DNA of 64,000 nt, taken from positions 416,001 through 480,000 of the forward strand of contig CAVQSP010000011.1 of the NCBI GenBank assembly GCA_963715985.1, given 5' to 3'. A program made the position numbers and the translations under genes. This document shows positions 33,996-45,881 of the stretch, one piece after another. Numbering within the stretch: the first letter of the stretch is position 1; every line of letters begins with the position of its first letter. The stretch is from an uncultured Thermoleophilia bacterium. Its GTDB lineage: Bacteria > Actinomycetota > Thermoleophilia > UBA2241. The notes beneath the pieces were generated by a model. It was not told where the DNA came from. It saw only the letters and a program-made list of their open reading frames with translations, and made no database searches.

Positions 33996-34819
33996 GCCAG
34001 AGCCTCCGCGGCATCGTCCGCGGTCCGCGGCGCCGCCGCAGGGTCGCGGCCGAGCCGCCGCCACAGCTGGACGTAGAACGGCTCGCGCAGGCGGCCTTCG
34101 GCGGAGAGCCCGCCGGAGGCGCCGAAGTCCCACGCCCCGGAGGCGACCACCTCGCCGCCGCTGAGAACCAGGTGCTCGTCACACAGCGTCCAGGCGAGGT
34201 CCACGTCGTGCGTCGCGAGGACCAGCGTCACCCCAGCGGCCTTGAGGCGCGAGAGGATGCCCACGAGCTCGCGCCGGGTGCGGGGGTCGAGGCTGACGAA
34301 CGGCTCGTCGAGCAGCAGGAGGCGGGGACGCATGGCGAGCACCCCGGCCAGGGCCAGACGCCGCTGCTCGCCCCCGGACAGAGCGTAGGGGTGCCGGTCG
34401 GCGAACTCGGACGGAGGAAGCCCCACCAGCTCGAGCGCCTCGTCGACGGCGGCGACGACCTGCTCGTCGGTCCAGCCGAGGCGCCGGGGCCCGAAGGCCA
34501 CATCCTCGCGGGCCGAGGCGGCGAACAGCTGCAGCTCGGCCCTCTGGAAAACGAGGCCCGCCTGCCGCTGCGCCGCGGCGTAGAGGGCGTCGTCCGGGCC
34601 GGCGCCGTCGAGCACCACCGCGCCGGCCTCGGGGTCATCCAGCCCGCGGACGACCTGCAGCAACGTCGACTTGCCCGCCCCGGAAGCGCCGAGCAGCGCC
34701 AGAGAACCGCCGGCGCGCAGACTGAACGACACCTCACGCAAGGCCGGTATCGGGACGCCGGCCTCGCGGTAGCTGAAGGACACCCCGGCGCAGACCAGGC
34801 TCATGCCCGTCGCGGTCAT
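33992..34819 (-). CDS. ecfA2: ECF transporter ATPase EcfA2
   Basis: GASGAGKST, LSGGEQRR, LLLDEP. Confidence 0.88.
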   Translation of the reverse strand: MTATGMSLVCAGVSFSYREAGVPIPALREVSFSLRAGGSLALLGASGAGKSTLLQVVRGLDDPEAGAVVLDGAGPDDALYAAAQRQAGLVFQRAELQLFAASAREDVAFGPRRLGWTDEQVVAAVDEALELVGLPPSEFADRHPYALSGGEQRRLALAGVLAMRPRLLLLDEPFVSLDPRTRRELVGILSRLKAAGVTLVLATHDVDLAWTLCDEHLVLSGGEVVASGAWDFGASGGLSAEGRLREPFYVQLWRRLGRDPAAAPRTADDAAEALA

Positions 34820-35667
34820 GCGGCACCTTCCAGCGCCGCCACCAGCTCGTCCAGCGTCAGCGGCGGGCCGGCGAGCTCCACGCGGCGCTCAGCGAGCGCC
34901 AGGGCCAGCTCGCCGGCGGCCGGCAGGCCGAGCCCGAGGCGGCGCACGAGGTCATGATCGCCGAAGAGGTCGCGGACGCCACCGGTGTACGTGTGCGTGC
35001 CGTGCTCGAGCGCGACGACCCGGTCCGCGTCTGTGACCTCGTCCATCTCCTGCGTCACATACACCACTGTGAGGCCCTCGCCGTGCAGCTCGCGCACGGC
35101 CGCGAGGACCTCCTGCCTGCCTGCAGGATCGAGCATGGCGGTCGGCTCGTCCAGCACGAGGATCCGACGCGGCACGGCCAGCACCCCGGCCAGCGCGGTG
35201 CGCTGCTTCTGGCCGCCGGAGAGGAGGTGCGGCTCGCGTCGTCGCAGGTCGCCCAGCCCGAAGCGCGCCAGCATCTCGTCGACGCGCTCGCGGATGCGCC
35301 CCGGCGGCCAGGCCAGGTTCTCGAGGCCGAAGGCGATGTCCTCCTCCACGCACTGGGCCACGAGCTGGTTCTCCGGGTCCTGGAACAGAACGCCGACATC
35401 CTGCCGCGCAGACAGCCTGCCGGGCTCGGTGAGGAGGTCGTGACCGCAGGCCACCGCGTGCCGCGCGGCGGTGGGCCGCTCCAGGCCGCCGAGGAGACGG
35501 GCGAGCGTGGACTTCCCCGAGCCGTTGGCGCCCACGACGGCGACGAACTCGCCGACCGCCAGCTCGAGGTCCACGTCGGACAGAGCGTCGCCTTGAGCGC
35601 CCGGGTAGCGAAAACGAAGCCCGGAGACGGAGAGGACGGCGGGGGTCTGAGGTGCAGGCGCGCTCAT
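34816..35667 (-). CDS. ecfA1: ECF transporter ATPase EcfA1
   Basis: GANGSGKST, FQDPENQ, LSGGQKQR, LDEPTAMLDP. Confidence 0.9.
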   Translation of the reverse strand: MSAPAPQTPAVLSVSGLRFRYPGAQGDALSDVDLELAVGEFVAVVGANGSGKSTLARLLGGLERPTAARHAVACGHDLLTEPGRLSARQDVGVLFQDPENQLVAQCVEEDIAFGLENLAWPPGRIRERVDEMLARFGLGDLRRREPHLLSGGQKQRTALAGVLAVPRRILVLDEPTAMLDPAGRQEVLAAVRELHGEGLTVVYVTQEMDEVTDADRVVALEHGTHTYTGGVRDLFGDHDLVRRLGLGLPAAGELALALAERRVELAGPPLTLDELVAALEGAA

Positions 35668-35737
35668 CGCGGCCGAAGCTTACCGCATGCGCCCGTGCGC
35701 CCGGCTCAGGGCGCCGCGGGCCCTGGGCCCGTACGCG

Positions 35738-35775
35738 GCGAGGGGCGGGAGGCCCTTCGGCCTCCCGCCCCTCGC
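35738..35775 (-). terminator. Hairpin at the end of the alpha operon
   Basis: GCGAGGGGCGGGAGGCC-cttc-GGCCTCCCGCCCCTCGC, 20 nt after the rplQ stop. Confidence 0.75.
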
Positions 35776-35795
35776 GCGAAAGTCACAGGCTGAGC

Positions 35796-36146
35796 CTAGA
35801 CCAGCTCGATGTAGGCCTGCTCGCTGCCGTCGCCGGGACGCGGTCCGAGCTTGATGATGCGCGTGTACCCGCCGTTGCGGTCCTTGTAGCGCGGGGCCAC
35901 ATCGTTGAACAGCTTGTACACGATCTTCTTGTTGCGCAGCATGGCGATGGCCTGCCGGCGCGCGTGCAGGTCGCCGCGCTTACCCAGCGTGATGACCTCT
36001 TCGACCATGGGGCGGACCTCTTTGGCACGCGCCACGCCGGTCTTGATCTTCTCGTGCTCGAGCACCTGGCAGGCGAGTCCCGACAGCAGCGACCGGCGCT
36101 GGTCGGGGGCCATGTTGAACTTGCGGCCTGACTTCTGATGGCGCAT
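35796..36146 (-). CDS. rplQ: 50S ribosomal protein L17
   Basis: MRHQKSGRK, RNGGYTRIIK. Confidence 0.97.
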   Translation of the reverse strand: MRHQKSGRKFNMAPDQRRSLLSGLACQVLEHEKIKTGVARAKEVRPMVEEVITLGKRGDLHARRQAIAMLRNKKIVYKLFNDVAPRYKDRNGGYTRIIKLGPRPGDGSEQAYIELV

Positions 36147-36147
36147 G

Positions 36148-37095
36148 TTACTCGTCACCCCGCAGAGAGAGGCCCCGCTCGGCAAGCTTGTCCTTGACCT
36201 CGTCGATGCTCTTCTTGCCGAAGTTCGGGATGTTGAGCAGCTCGGCCTCGGTCTTTGAGACCAGGTCGCCGACGGTCTGGATTCCCTCGCGCTTGAGGCA
36301 ATTGTAGGAACGGACGCCGAACTCGAGCTCTTCGATGAGCACGTCGTCCATGCCGCCGCCCGCAGGCGCCGCGGTGAGACCCTCGATGGGGTACTCATCC
36401 GTGGAGCGCGTACGGTCGGGGTCGGTGAAGATCGACATCCGGTCGACGAGGATCTCGGCGGCCTCACGCAGCGCCTCTTCGGGCATGAGGGCGCCGTTGG
36501 TGGTGATGTCGAGGATGAGCTTGTCGTAGTCGGTGCGCTGGCCCACGCGGGCGCTCTCGACGTGATACGAGACGCGCTTGACGGGGCTGAAGATGGAGTC
36601 TATCGGGATGACCCCGATGACCATCTCCGCGGTCTTGTTGCCCTCGGCCGGCACATAACCGGTGCCGCGCCGCACGGTGAGCATCATCTCGATGACGCCG
36701 CCGTCGGAAAGCGTGGCGATGTGGTGGTCCGGATTGAGGATCTCGAGCTCGGCGGGGATGTCGATGTCGGCAGCCACCACTTTGCCCGGCTTGTCCTTGT
36801 ACAGGCGCACCTGCACCTCGTCCAGCTCGCCGTGCAGACGGCAGACGAGCTCCTTGAGGTTCAGGATGATGTCGGTGACGTCTTCTTTGACGCCCTTGAT
36901 GGTGGTGAACTCGTGAGCGACGCCCTCGATCTTGACGGAGCTCACGGCAGCGCCCTCAAGGGACGAGAGCAGCACCCGCCGCAGCGCGTTGCCGAAGGTG
37001 TGCCCGAACCCGCGATCGAGGGGTTCCACCTCGAAGCGCGCGCGGTTACCTGCGAGCTGTTCGCGCGTGATGTTGGGCATCTGGAACTGGAGCAA
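36148..37095 (-). CDS. rpoA: RNA polymerase subunit alpha
   Basis: [31 protein letters not shown]. Confidence 0.98.
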   Translation of the reverse strand: MLQFQMPNITREQLAGNRARFEVEPLDRGFGHTFGNALRRVLLSSLEGAAVSSVKIEGVAHEFTTIKGVKEDVTDIILNLKELVCRLHGELDEVQVRLYKDKPGKVVAADIDIPAELEILNPDHHIATLSDGGVIEMMLTVRRGTGYVPAEGNKTAEMVIGVIPIDSIFSPVKRVSYHVESARVGQRTDYDKLILDITTNGALMPEEALREAAEILVDRMSIFTDPDRTRSTDEYPIEGLTAAPAGGGMDDVLIEELEFGVRSYNCLKREGIQTVGDLVSKTEAELLNIPNFGKKSIDEVKDKLAERGLSLRGDE

Positions 37096-37137
37096 CTGGC
37101 CTCCTATAGGGTCTTCGCCGCGGGTCAGCTGCAGCGG

Positions 37138-37758
37138 TTACTTCGAGTAAAGCTCGACGATGAGCTGTTCCTGCACCGGGGTGTCGATCTCGTCGCGCGT
37201 CGGAGCGCGGAGGATCTTGCCGGTCAGGTTGTCGTGATCGACCAGAAGCCAGGGCGCGACCGACGACGTGAGGTCGGTGGCAGCGCGCACCGTCTCGACG
37301 GCCTTGCTGTTGGAGCGCACGGAGACGACGTCGTCCGGACGGACCTGGTACGACGGGATGTCCACCTTCTTGCCGTTGACCATGAAATGCGCGTGGCGCA
37401 CGAGCTGGCGGGCCTGACGGCGCGAAGCGCCGAAGCCCAGCCTGTACACCACGTTGTCGAGCCTCATTTCGAGGAGGCACAGCAGGTTCTCACCGGTGAT
37501 GCCCTGTTTGCGGCTGGCGACCTCGTAGTAATGGTGGAACTGCTTCTCGAGGACCTGGTAGTAGCGCCGCGCCTTCTGCTTCTCACGGAGCTGCAGAAGG
37601 TATTCTGACTGCTTGATGCGGCCGCGGCCGTGCTCGCCCGGCGGGTACGAACGCCGTTCGACGGCGCACTTGTCGGTAAGGCAGCGCTCCCCCTTCAGGA
37701 AGAGCTTCTCGGCCTCACGACGGCACTGCTTGCACTGGGCTGACGTATCTCTCGCCAC
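37138..37758 (-). CDS. rpsD: 30S ribosomal protein S4
   Basis: [29 protein letters not shown]. Confidence 0.98.
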   Translation of the reverse strand: MARDTSAQCKQCRREAEKLFLKGERCLTDKCAVERRSYPPGEHGRGRIKQSEYLLQLREKQKARRYYQVLEKQFHHYYEVASRKQGITGENLLCLLEMRLDNVVYRLGFGASRRQARQLVRHAHFMVNGKKVDIPSYQVRPDDVVSVRSNSKAVETVRAATDLTSSVAPWLLVDHDNLTGKILRAPTRDEIDTPVQEQLIVELYSK

Positions 37759-37768
37759 GTGGACCTTC

Positions 37769-38167
37769 CTAGACCCGACGACGCTTGCGGGGACGGCACC
37801 CGTTGTGCGGCACCGGCGTCACGTCTTTGACACTGATGATCTCGAGGCCGGCGGCCTGCAGCGAACGCACTGCAGTCTCGCGGCCCGAGCCCGGACCGCG
37901 CACGAAGACCTCCACCTTCTGAAGGCCGTGCTCCATGCCCTTCTTGGCACAGGACTCGGCCGTGACCTGGGCGGCGAACGGGGTGCTCTTGCGGGAGCCC
38001 TTGAAGCCCACCGACCCGGCGCTCTCCCACGCGATGACGTTGCCCTCTTTGTCCGTGAGGGTCACGAGCGTATTGTTGAACGACGTCTTGATGTGCGCCT
38101 GACCGACCGCGATGTTCTTGCGGATCTTGCGACGCTGACGCCCCTTGGCTCTCTGCGGCTTAGCCAC
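37769..38167 (-). CDS. rpsK: 30S ribosomal protein S11
   Basis: [20 protein letters not shown]. Confidence 0.98.
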   Translation of the reverse strand: MAKPQRAKGRQRRKIRKNIAVGQAHIKTSFNNTLVTLTDKEGNVIAWESAGSVGFKGSRKSTPFAAQVTAESCAKKGMEHGLQKVEVFVRGPGSGRETAVRSLQAAGLEIISVKDVTPVPHNGCRPRKRRRV

Positions 38168-38197
38168 TCTGCTCTACTCCTCCCGCCTCTGTCGCGG

Positions 38198-38569
38198 TCA
38201 CTTCTTGCGCTTGCCGCTGATGGTCCGCTTGGGACCCTTGCGGCTGCGGGCGTTGGTGCGCGTGCGCTGCCCGTTCACGGGCATACCGCGACGGTGGCGG
38301 ATGCCTCTGTAACAACCGATGTCCATGAGCCGCTTGATGTTCTGCGAACGCTCACGCCGCAGGTCGCCCTCGACCGTGACTTCGCGGTCGATGGTCTCAC
38401 GCAGGCGCACGATCTCCTCTTCGGTGAGGTCGCGGACCTTGGTGTTGGGATCGATGCCCACCAGAGCCAGCACCTTGTTGGACGTGGAACGCCCGATGCC
38501 GTAGATGTACGTGAGCCCGATCTCGACCCGCTTCTGCGGCGGGATGTTGACGCCTGCGATACGTGCCAT
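38198..38569 (-). CDS. rpsM: 30S ribosomal protein S13
   Basis: [22 protein letters not shown]. Confidence 0.98.
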   Translation of the reverse strand: MARIAGVNIPPQKRVEIGLTYIYGIGRSTSNKVLALVGIDPNTKVRDLTEEEIVRLRETIDREVTVEGDLRRERSQNIKRLMDIGCYRGIRHRRGMPVNGQRTRTNARSRKGPKRTISGKRKK

Positions 38570-38575
38570 GCGGAC

Positions 38576-38689
38576 TTACCCCTGCCTCTGACGATGTCGC
38601 GGATTGGCGCAGATCACCTGGACCGTGCCGTGACGCCGGATGATCTTGCACTTCTCGCACATCGGCTTGACTGATGCTCTTACCTTCAT
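38576..38689 (-). CDS. rpmJ: 50S ribosomal protein L36 (absent from the ORF track)
   Basis: Manual translation [37 protein letters not shown]. Confidence 0.97.
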   Translation of the reverse strand: MKVRASVKPMCEKCKIIRRHGTVQVICANPRHRQRQG

Positions 38690-38758
38690 GGTGATCCTCG
38701 CTCGAGCGCGCGGCGCGCCAACGGCCGCCGCACCCCGCCTCCGGGCGACCTGCGGCCG

Positions 38759-38980
38759 CTACTTGAACCGGTACGTGATCCTGCCTCTGCTGAGGTCGTA
38801 GGGCGAAAGCTCGACCTTGACCCGGTCTCCGGGAAGGATGCGGATGTAGTTCATGCGCATCTTGCCGGAGATATGGGCGAGCACTTCGTGGTTGTTGTCG
38901 AGGTGCACCCGGAACATCGTGTTGGGCAGAGCCTCGACGACCTCGCCTTCTATCTCAATGGCCTCTTCTTTGTTCGCCAT
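38759..38980 (-). CDS. infA: Translation initiation factor IF-1
   Basis: [24 protein letters not shown]. Confidence 0.98.
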   Translation of the reverse strand: MANKEEAIEIEGEVVEALPNTMFRVHLDNNHEVLAHISGKMRMNYIRILPGDRVKVELSPYDLSRGRITYRFK

Positions 38981-39057
38981 ACTCCCTACTCGTCGTCAGA
39001 CAGCGGCCTGATATGCTACCACATTACGGTCAAGCCACAAAACACAGCGCCGGTGCA

Positions 39058-39825
39058 TCATGCACCACGCTGTTCCGAGCCCCGGCGCGTGAGCACCTTC
39101 GGCTTCTTCCTGCCCACGGCGACCGTGTGTTCGAAGTGCGCCGAGAGCGAGCCGTCGACGGTGGAGATGCTCCAGCCGTCGTCGGCGACGAACACCTCAT
39201 GCCCGCCGGCGTTGACCATAGGCTCGATGGCGAACACCATGCCCTCCTCGAGCCGCGGCCCCCGATCCGGGTCCCCGTAGTTCGGGATCTGCGGGTCTTC
39301 GTGCATCTCTTTGCCCACGCCGTGCCCGACCAGCGAACGCACGACGCTGAACCCGGCCGCTTCCACGACCTCCTGCACGGCGTGCGACACATCGCCCAGG
39401 CGGCGGCCCTCGTGACACTCGGCCAAGGCTGCTTCCAGAGACTCGGCCGTGACGTCGAGCAGGCGCTGCGCCTCCGGCTCCACGGTGCCGATGGGCAGCG
39501 TGATGGCCGAGTCGGCCACGTAGCCGTCGAGAGTGACGCCTACGTCGATGCTGATCACGTCGCCTTCACTCACCCGGTACTTGCCCGGGATCCCATGAAC
39601 GACCATGTCGTTGGGCGAGACACAGATGGAGGCGGGAAAACCACGGTACCCGAGGAACGTCGGCACCCCGCCCCGCTCCCTGATCAGACGCTCGGCGAGG
39701 CGGTCGAGCTCAGCCGTCGTGACGCCCTGCTTCGTCGCCACAGCCAGCATGTCGAGACACTCCGCGAGGATGTCGCCCGCGGCGTCGATCTTGGCGACCT
39801 CTGCTGCCGACTTGCGGACGATCAC
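39058..39825 (-). CDS. map: Methionine aminopeptidase type I
   Basis: VVHGIP, GHGVG, HEDP, AIEPM, SAHFEHT. Confidence 0.97.
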   Translation of the reverse strand: MIVRKSAAEVAKIDAAGDILAECLDMLAVATKQGVTTAELDRLAERLIRERGGVPTFLGYRGFPASICVSPNDMVVHGIPGKYRVSEGDVISIDVGVTLDGYVADSAITLPIGTVEPEAQRLLDVTAESLEAALAECHEGRRLGDVSHAVQEVVEAAGFSVVRSLVGHGVGKEMHEDPQIPNYGDPDRGPRLEEGMVFAIEPMVNAGGHEVFVADDGWSISTVDGSLSAHFEHTVAVGRKKPKVLTRRGSEQRGA

Positions 39826-39831
39826 GCCGTC

Positions 39832-40506
<675 letters not shown>

Positions 40507-41770
40507 CTACTTGAGGAAGCCCTCGTAGTGACGCATGAGCAACTGGGCTTCCATCTGCCGCATGGTGTCGAGCGCGACACCCACCACGATGAGCAGCGAC
40601 GTGCCGCCGAAGTAGAAGGGCACGTTGAGGAACCTGGACATGACCCACGGCAGCACCGCCAGCGCGGCCAGGAACAGGGCGCCGGGCAGCGTGAGCCGCG
40701 TGAGGATGCGGTCCAGGTACTCGGCGGTAGGCCGGCCCGGGCGCACGCCGGGGACGAAGCCGCCGTACTTCTTGAGGTTGTCGGCCTGGTCGATGGGGTT
40801 GAACGTCACGGCCGTATAGAAGTACGTGAAGATGATGATGAGGATGGCCTCGAGGAAGATGAACAGGAACGTGTTCGGCCCGAAGGTGTCGTTGAACCAG
40901 CCGGCGATGCCCCCGGTGCCCAGGAACTGGGTGAACGTGGGGATGATCATCATCATCGACGAGGCGAAGATGACCGGGATGACGCCGGCCATGTTGACCT
41001 TGAGCGGGATGAACGTGCTGGTGCCGCCCATCATGCGCCGGCCCACGACCCTCTTGGCGTACTGCACGGGCACGCGGCGTTCACCGCTGGTGATCCAGAT
41101 GACGCCGACCACCACCGCGAGAGCGATGACGAGGAAGAGCACGATGGTGATGATGCTCATCGTCGAGAGCTTGGCGGCGCCCGAGGGGATGCGTGAGACG
41201 ATGCTGATGAAGATCAGGATGGACATGCCGTTGCCGAGACCGCGGGCGGTGATGAGCTCACCGAGCCACATCACGAACACGGCGCCCGCCACGAGGCTGA
41301 GGGCGATGAGCAGCGCCGCGCCACCAGTTCAGGTCCGGCAGCGCGCTCTGGCTGTTGAACAGGACCAGGTAGCCCAGCGCCTGGACGGTGGAGAGGCCCA
41401 CGGTGAGCCAGCGCGTGTACTTGGTGATCTCCTTCTGGCCCTGCTCGCCCTCCTTGGCGAGCTCCTCGAGCTTGGGGATGACCACGGTGAGCAGCTGCAT
41501 GATGATCGACGCCGTGATGTACGGCATGATGCCGAGCGCGAACAACGCGACACGCGCCAGCGCGCCGCCCGAGAACAGGTCGAGGAAACCGATGACGCCG
41601 GCGCCGCCCTCTTCGAAGAACTTGCGCAGCGCGTCGAGGTCGATACCGGGCACCGGCACGTATGACCCGAACCGGTAGATCGCCACCATCGCCGCCGTGA
41701 AGAGGAGCTTCGTGCGAAGATCCGGGATCTTCCAGGCGTTGACGAGCGACTGCCAGAGCTTGTTGTTCAC
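40507..41770 (-). CDS. secY: Preprotein translocase subunit SecY (+1 frameshift near 41316)
   Basis: ALGIMPYITASII in ORF 41258-41836; GLGNGMS, AGVIPVIFA, GGTSLLI in ORF 40507-41292. Confidence 0.96.
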
Positions 41771-41792
41771 AGCCGCGTTCCTCCCGCGCCGG

Positions 41793-42269
41793 TCAGAGCA
41801 GTTCGGCCGAGCCGCCGGCCGCCTCGATCTTCTCAATGGCGCTGCGCGAGTAGAGCGGCATGCGCACCTTGAGAGCCTTGTCGAGGTCGCCGCCGCCGAG
41901 GATCTTGATGGGCGTACGGGTGTTCTTGACGATGCCCTTGGCCACGAGCGCCTCGGGAGTGACCTCGTCGCCGGCCGCGAAGGACTGCGACAGGCGGCCG
42001 ACGTTGACCGGCACGGCGTACGTGCGGAACGGGCCGATGGGCATGCTCTTCTTCATGTGCGGGCCGCGGAGCTTGCCGAGCCGCATATAGAGCGGCATCT
42101 GGCCGCCCTCGTAGCCCGGGCGCACGCCGCCGCCGGAGCGGGCGTTGTAGCCCTTGTGCCCTTTGCCGGAGGTCTTGCCCTGGCCCGTGCCCTTGCCGCG
42201 CCCGAGACGCTTGGTGTCCTTCGTCGAGCCCGGGTTGGGGCGCAGGTTGTGGAGTCCTAGTTCAGCCAT
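41793..42269 (-). CDS. rplO: 50S ribosomal protein L15
   Basis: GRGKGTGQGKTSGKGHKG, EGGQMP, KIEAAGG. Confidence 0.97.
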   Translation of the reverse strand: MAELGLHNLRPNPGSTKDTKRLGRGKGTGQGKTSGKGHKGYNARSGGGVRPGYEGGQMPLYMRLGKLRGPHMKKSMPIGPFRTYAVPVNVGRLSQSFAAGDEVTPEALVAKGIVKNTRTPIKILGGGDLDKALKVRMPLYSRSAIEKIEAAGGSAELL

Positions 42270-42270
42270 A

Positions 42271-42465
42271 TCACGACTTCTTCGCTACCGGGCGCACCTC
42301 GAGGAGGTACGCGACCTTGTTCACCATGCCGCGGATGACGGGGGTGTCCTCGTGCACCACGGTGTGACGGATGCGCTTGAGGCCAAGCGCGCGAAGCGTG
42401 CCTCGGTGACTCGGCAGCCGCCCGATCGAACTCTTGATCTGCGTGATCTCGAGATAGGTCGACAT
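42271..42465 (-). CDS. rpmD: 50S ribosomal protein L30
   Basis: [18 protein letters not shown]. Confidence 0.96.
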   Translation of the reverse strand: MSTYLEITQIKSSIGRLPSHRGTLRALGLKRIRHTVVHEDTPVIRGMVNKVAYLLEVRPVAKKS

Positions 42466-42470
42466 GCGTG

Positions 42471-43019
42471 TCAGGCCTCCCCGGCGGCCGGCGCCGCTTC
42501 TTCGACCTGGTCCATGCCGAGCACCTTGGCGACGGAGATGCCGCGCAGGCGCGCCTGGCCCTCCGGCGTCTTGAGCGACTGCAGGCCCGCCACGGTGGCG
42601 CGTACCAGGTTGATCGGGTTGGTGGTGCCGAGCGACTTCGTGAGGATGTCGCGGACGCCGGCCAGCTCGAGCACGGCGCGCACGCCGCCGGCGGCGATGA
42701 CGCCGGTACCGGGCGCGGCCGGCTTGAGCAGCACACGCGCCGCGCCGAACCGCCCGATGACCTCGTGCGTGGTGGTGGTGCCGTTGTAGCGCGGCACCGT
42801 GAACAGGTTCTTCTTCGCGTCCTCGATCGCCTTCTGGATCGCCAGCGGCACCTCGCGCGCCTTGCCGTAGCCGGCGCCCACGTGGCCGTTCTCGTCACCG
42901 ACGACGACCAGGGCCGTGAAGGAGAACCGCCGGCCGCCCTTGACGACCTTGGCGACGCGGTTGATGTCGACGACGCGCTCTTTGAGCTCGTTGCCTTCGC
43001 TGAATGATCCTCTAGCCAC
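42471..43019 (-). CDS. rpsE: 30S ribosomal protein S5
   Basis: [20 protein letters not shown]. Confidence 0.98.
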   Translation of the reverse strand: MARGSFSEGNELKERVVDINRVAKVVKGGRRFSFTALVVVGDENGHVGAGYGKAREVPLAIQKAIEDAKKNLFTVPRYNGTTTTHEVIGRFGAARVLLKPAAPGTGVIAAGGVRAVLELAGVRDILTKSLGTTNPINLVRATVAGLQSLKTPEGQARLRGISVAKVLGMDQVEEAAPAAGEA

Positions 43020-43037
43020 GGGGTCCTTTACTCCTTG

Positions 43038-43391
43038 TCAGAAAACCAGGCCGCCCTCGCGGGCGCCCTCGGCGAGGGCCTTGACACGGCCGTGATACAG
43101 ATAGCCGGACCTGTCGAAGACGACCCGTTCGATGCCTTTGTCCTTGGCGCGCTGTGCAAGCAGCTCGCCGACCTTCTTGGCGACCTCGGACTTCTTGAGT
43201 CCTGAGTCCGCCACCTCGTTGGAGCGCGCCGCCGCGAGGGTGGTGGCGGTGGCGTCGTCCACGAGCTGAGCGTAGATAGCCTTGTTCGAGCGGAACACCG
43301 AGACGCGGGGCCGCTCGGGAGTGCCGTGAAGGCGGCCCCGGATGCGGCGCTTGCGCCTGGCGCGTGCTTCTCTGATGCTTGGTGCGCTCAT
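43038..43391 (-). CDS. rplR: 50S ribosomal protein L18
   Basis: [22 protein letters not shown]. Confidence 0.97.
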   Translation of the reverse strand: MSAPSIREARARRKRRIRGRLHGTPERPRVSVFRSNKAIYAQLVDDATATTLAAARSNEVADSGLKKSEVAKKVGELLAQRAKDKGIERVVFDRSGYLYHGRVKALAEGAREGGLVF

Positions 43392-43421
43392 CTTGTTGAC
43401 GTTCCTCTTCTCTCAGGCAGC

Positions 43422-43955
43422 CTAGGCGCGCTTGCCGACCTTGCGCTGCACGTACTCGCCGGCGTACCGGATGCCCTTGCCCTTGTAGGGCTCAGGCGGG
43501 CGGATGGAGCGCACCTTGGCGGCCACCTCGCCCACGACCTGCTTGTCGATGCCCCTGACCAGTACGACGGTGGCCTGCGGCGTCTCGAACTCGATATGCG
43601 CGGGCGGCTCGATGACCACCGGGTGGCTGTAGCCGACCAGCAACTCGAGGGCGTCGCCCTTGAGGCTGGCACGGTACCCCACGCCGACGATCTCCAGACG
43701 CTTCTCGAAGCCGTCCGTGACGCCCGTGACCATGTTGGCGATGAGCGTCCGCGTGAGCCCGTGCAGCGAGCGGTGCTGGCCGCTGTCTGTGGGCCGCTTG
43801 ACCTCGATGACGCCGTCGCCGACCTCCACGAGCATCTCGCGGGGGACGCGCTGCGTGAGCTCGCCCTTGGGACCCTTGACCGTCACCACGGCGTTGTCGT
43901 ACTTGAAATCGACGCCGGCCGGCAGCGGGATGGGTGCTTTTCCGATCCTCGACAT
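43422..43955 (-). CDS. rplF: 50S ribosomal protein L6
   Basis: MSRIGK, VKGPKG, PEPYKGKGI. Confidence 0.98.
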   Translation of the reverse strand: MSRIGKAPIPLPAGVDFKYDNAVVTVKGPKGELTQRVPREMLVEVGDGVIEVKRPTDSGQHRSLHGLTRTLIANMVTGVTDGFEKRLEIVGVGYRASLKGDALELLVGYSHPVVIEPPAHIEFETPQATVVLVRGIDKQVVGEVAAKVRSIRPPEPYKGKGIRYAGEYVQRKVGKRA

Positions 43956-43964
43956 CTTCCGTCC

Positions 43965-44363
43965 TTACCAGATGAAGCAGATCACTTCGCCACCCAGGCC
44001 CAGCTTGCGCGCCTCGGAGCTCGTCACGAGACCCCGGGAGGTGGAAATGATCGCTGTGCCGAGTCCGCCGAGCACCTTGGGCAGCGATTCCTTCTTGGCG
44101 TACACACGACGCCCAGGCTTGGAGACGCGCTTGATGCCGGAGATGACCCGCTCCCTGTTCTTGCCGTACTTGAGTTCGACGCGGATGACCTGGCCGTGCT
44201 CGCCCTGCCCTACGTCATAGCCCGTGATGTAGCCCTGCTCAGTCATGAGCCGGGCGATCTCGACCTTCATGCGCGACGAGGGGATCTCGACCACGGAGTG
44301 GCGAGCGGTACTGCCGTTGCGGATGCGCGTAAGCATGTCGGCGATGGGGTCGGTCATTGACAT
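43965..44363 (-). CDS. rpsH: 30S ribosomal protein S8
   Basis: [26 protein letters not shown]. Confidence 0.98.
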   Translation of the reverse strand: MSMTDPIADMLTRIRNGSTARHSVVEIPSSRMKVEIARLMTEQGYITGYDVGQGEHGQVIRVELKYGKNRERVISGIKRVSKPGRRVYAKKESLPKVLGGLGTAIISTSRGLVTSSEARKLGLGGEVICFIW

Positions 44364-44376
44364 GGTCCTCGCCTCC

Positions 44377-44562
44377 TCACCAGCTCGACTTGGTCAGACC
44401 CGGGATGACGCCCTGGTGCGCGACTTCGCGCAGGCAGATCCGGCAGATCCCGAACTTGCGGTAGTAGGCACGCGGGCGACCGCACCTGGCACAACGGTTG
44501 TACTCGCGCACCTTGTAGCGCTGCTTGCGCCCCGCCTTCACCACGAGGGATGTCTTAGCCAT
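44377..44562 (-). CDS. rpsN: 30S ribosomal protein S14 (zinc type)
   Basis: RCARCGR, CRICLRE, KSSW. Confidence 0.97.
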   Translation of the reverse strand: MAKTSLVVKAGRKQRYKVREYNRCARCGRPRAYYRKFGICRICLREVAHQGVIPGLTKSSW

Positions 44563-44575
44563 GCTTCAGATGCTC

Positions 44576-45118
44576 CTAGTTCGACCGGAACGGCATGCCC
44601 AGCTTGGTCAGCAGAGCTCGCCCTTCCTCGTCCGTCTTGGCAGTCGTCGTGATGATCACGTTCAGACCGCGGAACTGCTCGACCGAGTCGTAGTCGATCT
44701 CGGGAAAGATCGTCTGCTCGCGCACGCCCATGGCGAAGTTGCCGCGCCCGTCGAACTGGTCGGGCGAGATGCCGCGGAAGTCGCGGATGCGCGGCAGGGC
44801 GATGGAGACGAGACGGTCGATCATCTCGTACATGCGCTCGCCGCGCAGCGTGACCCGGCAGCCGATGGACATGCCCTCGCGCAGTTTGAAGCTGGCGATG
44901 GACTTGCGCGCCTTGGTGATGGCCGGTCGCTGGCCGCTGATGAGCGCCAGGTCCTCGACAGCGTCGTCGAGCAGCTTGGCGTTGGTCTTGGCCTCGCCGA
45001 CGCCCATGTTGAGGGTGACTTTTGTGACGCGAGGCACTTCCATCACGTTGCGGTAGCCGAACTCAGTCATGAGCTCCGGCACGATCTCTTTGAAGAACTT
45101 GTCCTTGAGCCTGGCCAT
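44576..45118 (-). CDS. rplE: 50S ribosomal protein L5
   Basis: [21 protein letters not shown]. Confidence 0.98.
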   Translation of the reverse strand: MARLKDKFFKEIVPELMTEFGYRNVMEVPRVTKVTLNMGVGEAKTNAKLLDDAVEDLALISGQRPAITKARKSIASFKLREGMSIGCRVTLRGERMYEMIDRLVSIALPRIRDFRGISPDQFDGRGNFAMGVREQTIFPEIDYDSVEQFRGLNVIITTTAKTDEEGRALLTKLGMPFRSN

Positions 45119-45124
45119 CGTCTC

Positions 45125-45460
45125 TTACGCCTTGTCGATGTCTTTGCCGCAGTTCTCGCGGCGGCACTTACGGACCTTGTCGCCGTCAGCGGTCAGCCGG
45201 TAGCCGACACGCGTGGGCTGGCCGCAGGCGGGGCAGACGATCATGACGTTGGAGGCGTCGATGGACCCCTCACGCTCGATGACGCCACCCTGCGGGTTCT
45301 TCTTGGGGTTCGGCTTGGTGTGCTTCTTCAGGATGTTGAGCCGCTCGAGCACGACGCGACCCGTCTCGGTGTCGACGCGCATCACCTTGCCGGTCTTCCC
45401 GGCTTCCTTGCCGGACATGACCTTGACCTGGTCACCCTTTTTGATCTTCAGCTTGCTCAT
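45125..45460 (-). CDS. rplX: 50S ribosomal protein L24
   Basis: IKKGDQV, GGVIERE, SNVM. Confidence 0.97.
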   Translation of the reverse strand: MSKLKIKKGDQVKVMSGKEAGKTGKVMRVDTETGRVVLERLNILKKHTKPNPKKNPQGGVIEREGSIDASNVMIVCPACGQPTRVGYRLTADGDKVRKCRRENCGKDIDKA

Positions 45461-45491
45461 CGTTATAGCGACTCCCTCGCCGGCACGGGCC

Positions 45492-45860
45492 TCAAAGGAC
45501 CTCAGGGGCCAGCGACACGATCTTCATGAAGTTCTTCTCGCGCAGCTCGCGGGCCACGGGTCCGAAGATGCGGGTCCCGCGCGGGTTGTTCTGGTTGTCG
45601 ATCAGCACCGCCGCGTTCTCGTCGAACGCGATGTACGTGCCGTCCTTGCGACCGTACTCCTTCTTGGTGCGCACGATGACGGCGCGCACGACGTCGCCCT
45701 TCTTCACGCTGCCGCCGGGCGTGGCGACCTTGACGGTACCGACGATGATGTCGCCGACCGTGCCGTAGCGCCGCTTGGAGCCGCCGCGGATCCGGATACA
45801 GAGGATCTCGCGCGCGCCCGTGTTGTCGGCGACTCGTAGTCTGGTCTCAACCTGGATCAT
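45492..45860 (-). CDS. rplN: 50S ribosomal protein L14
   Basis: [22 protein letters not shown]. Confidence 0.98.
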   Translation of the reverse strand: MIQVETRLRVADNTGAREILCIRIRGGSKRRYGTVGDIIVGTVKVATPGGSVKKGDVVRAVIVRTKKEYGRKDGTYIAFDENAAVLIDNQNNPRGTRIFGPVARELREKNFMKIVSLAPEVL

Positions 45861-45881
45861 GTGCTTCCTCTGCCGGCTTTC

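Noticed and set aside
41258-41330. Programmed frameshift or naturally split secY
   Set aside because: No slippery sequence is present, and the same single-insertion pattern affects four unrelated genes, which favours sequencing error.
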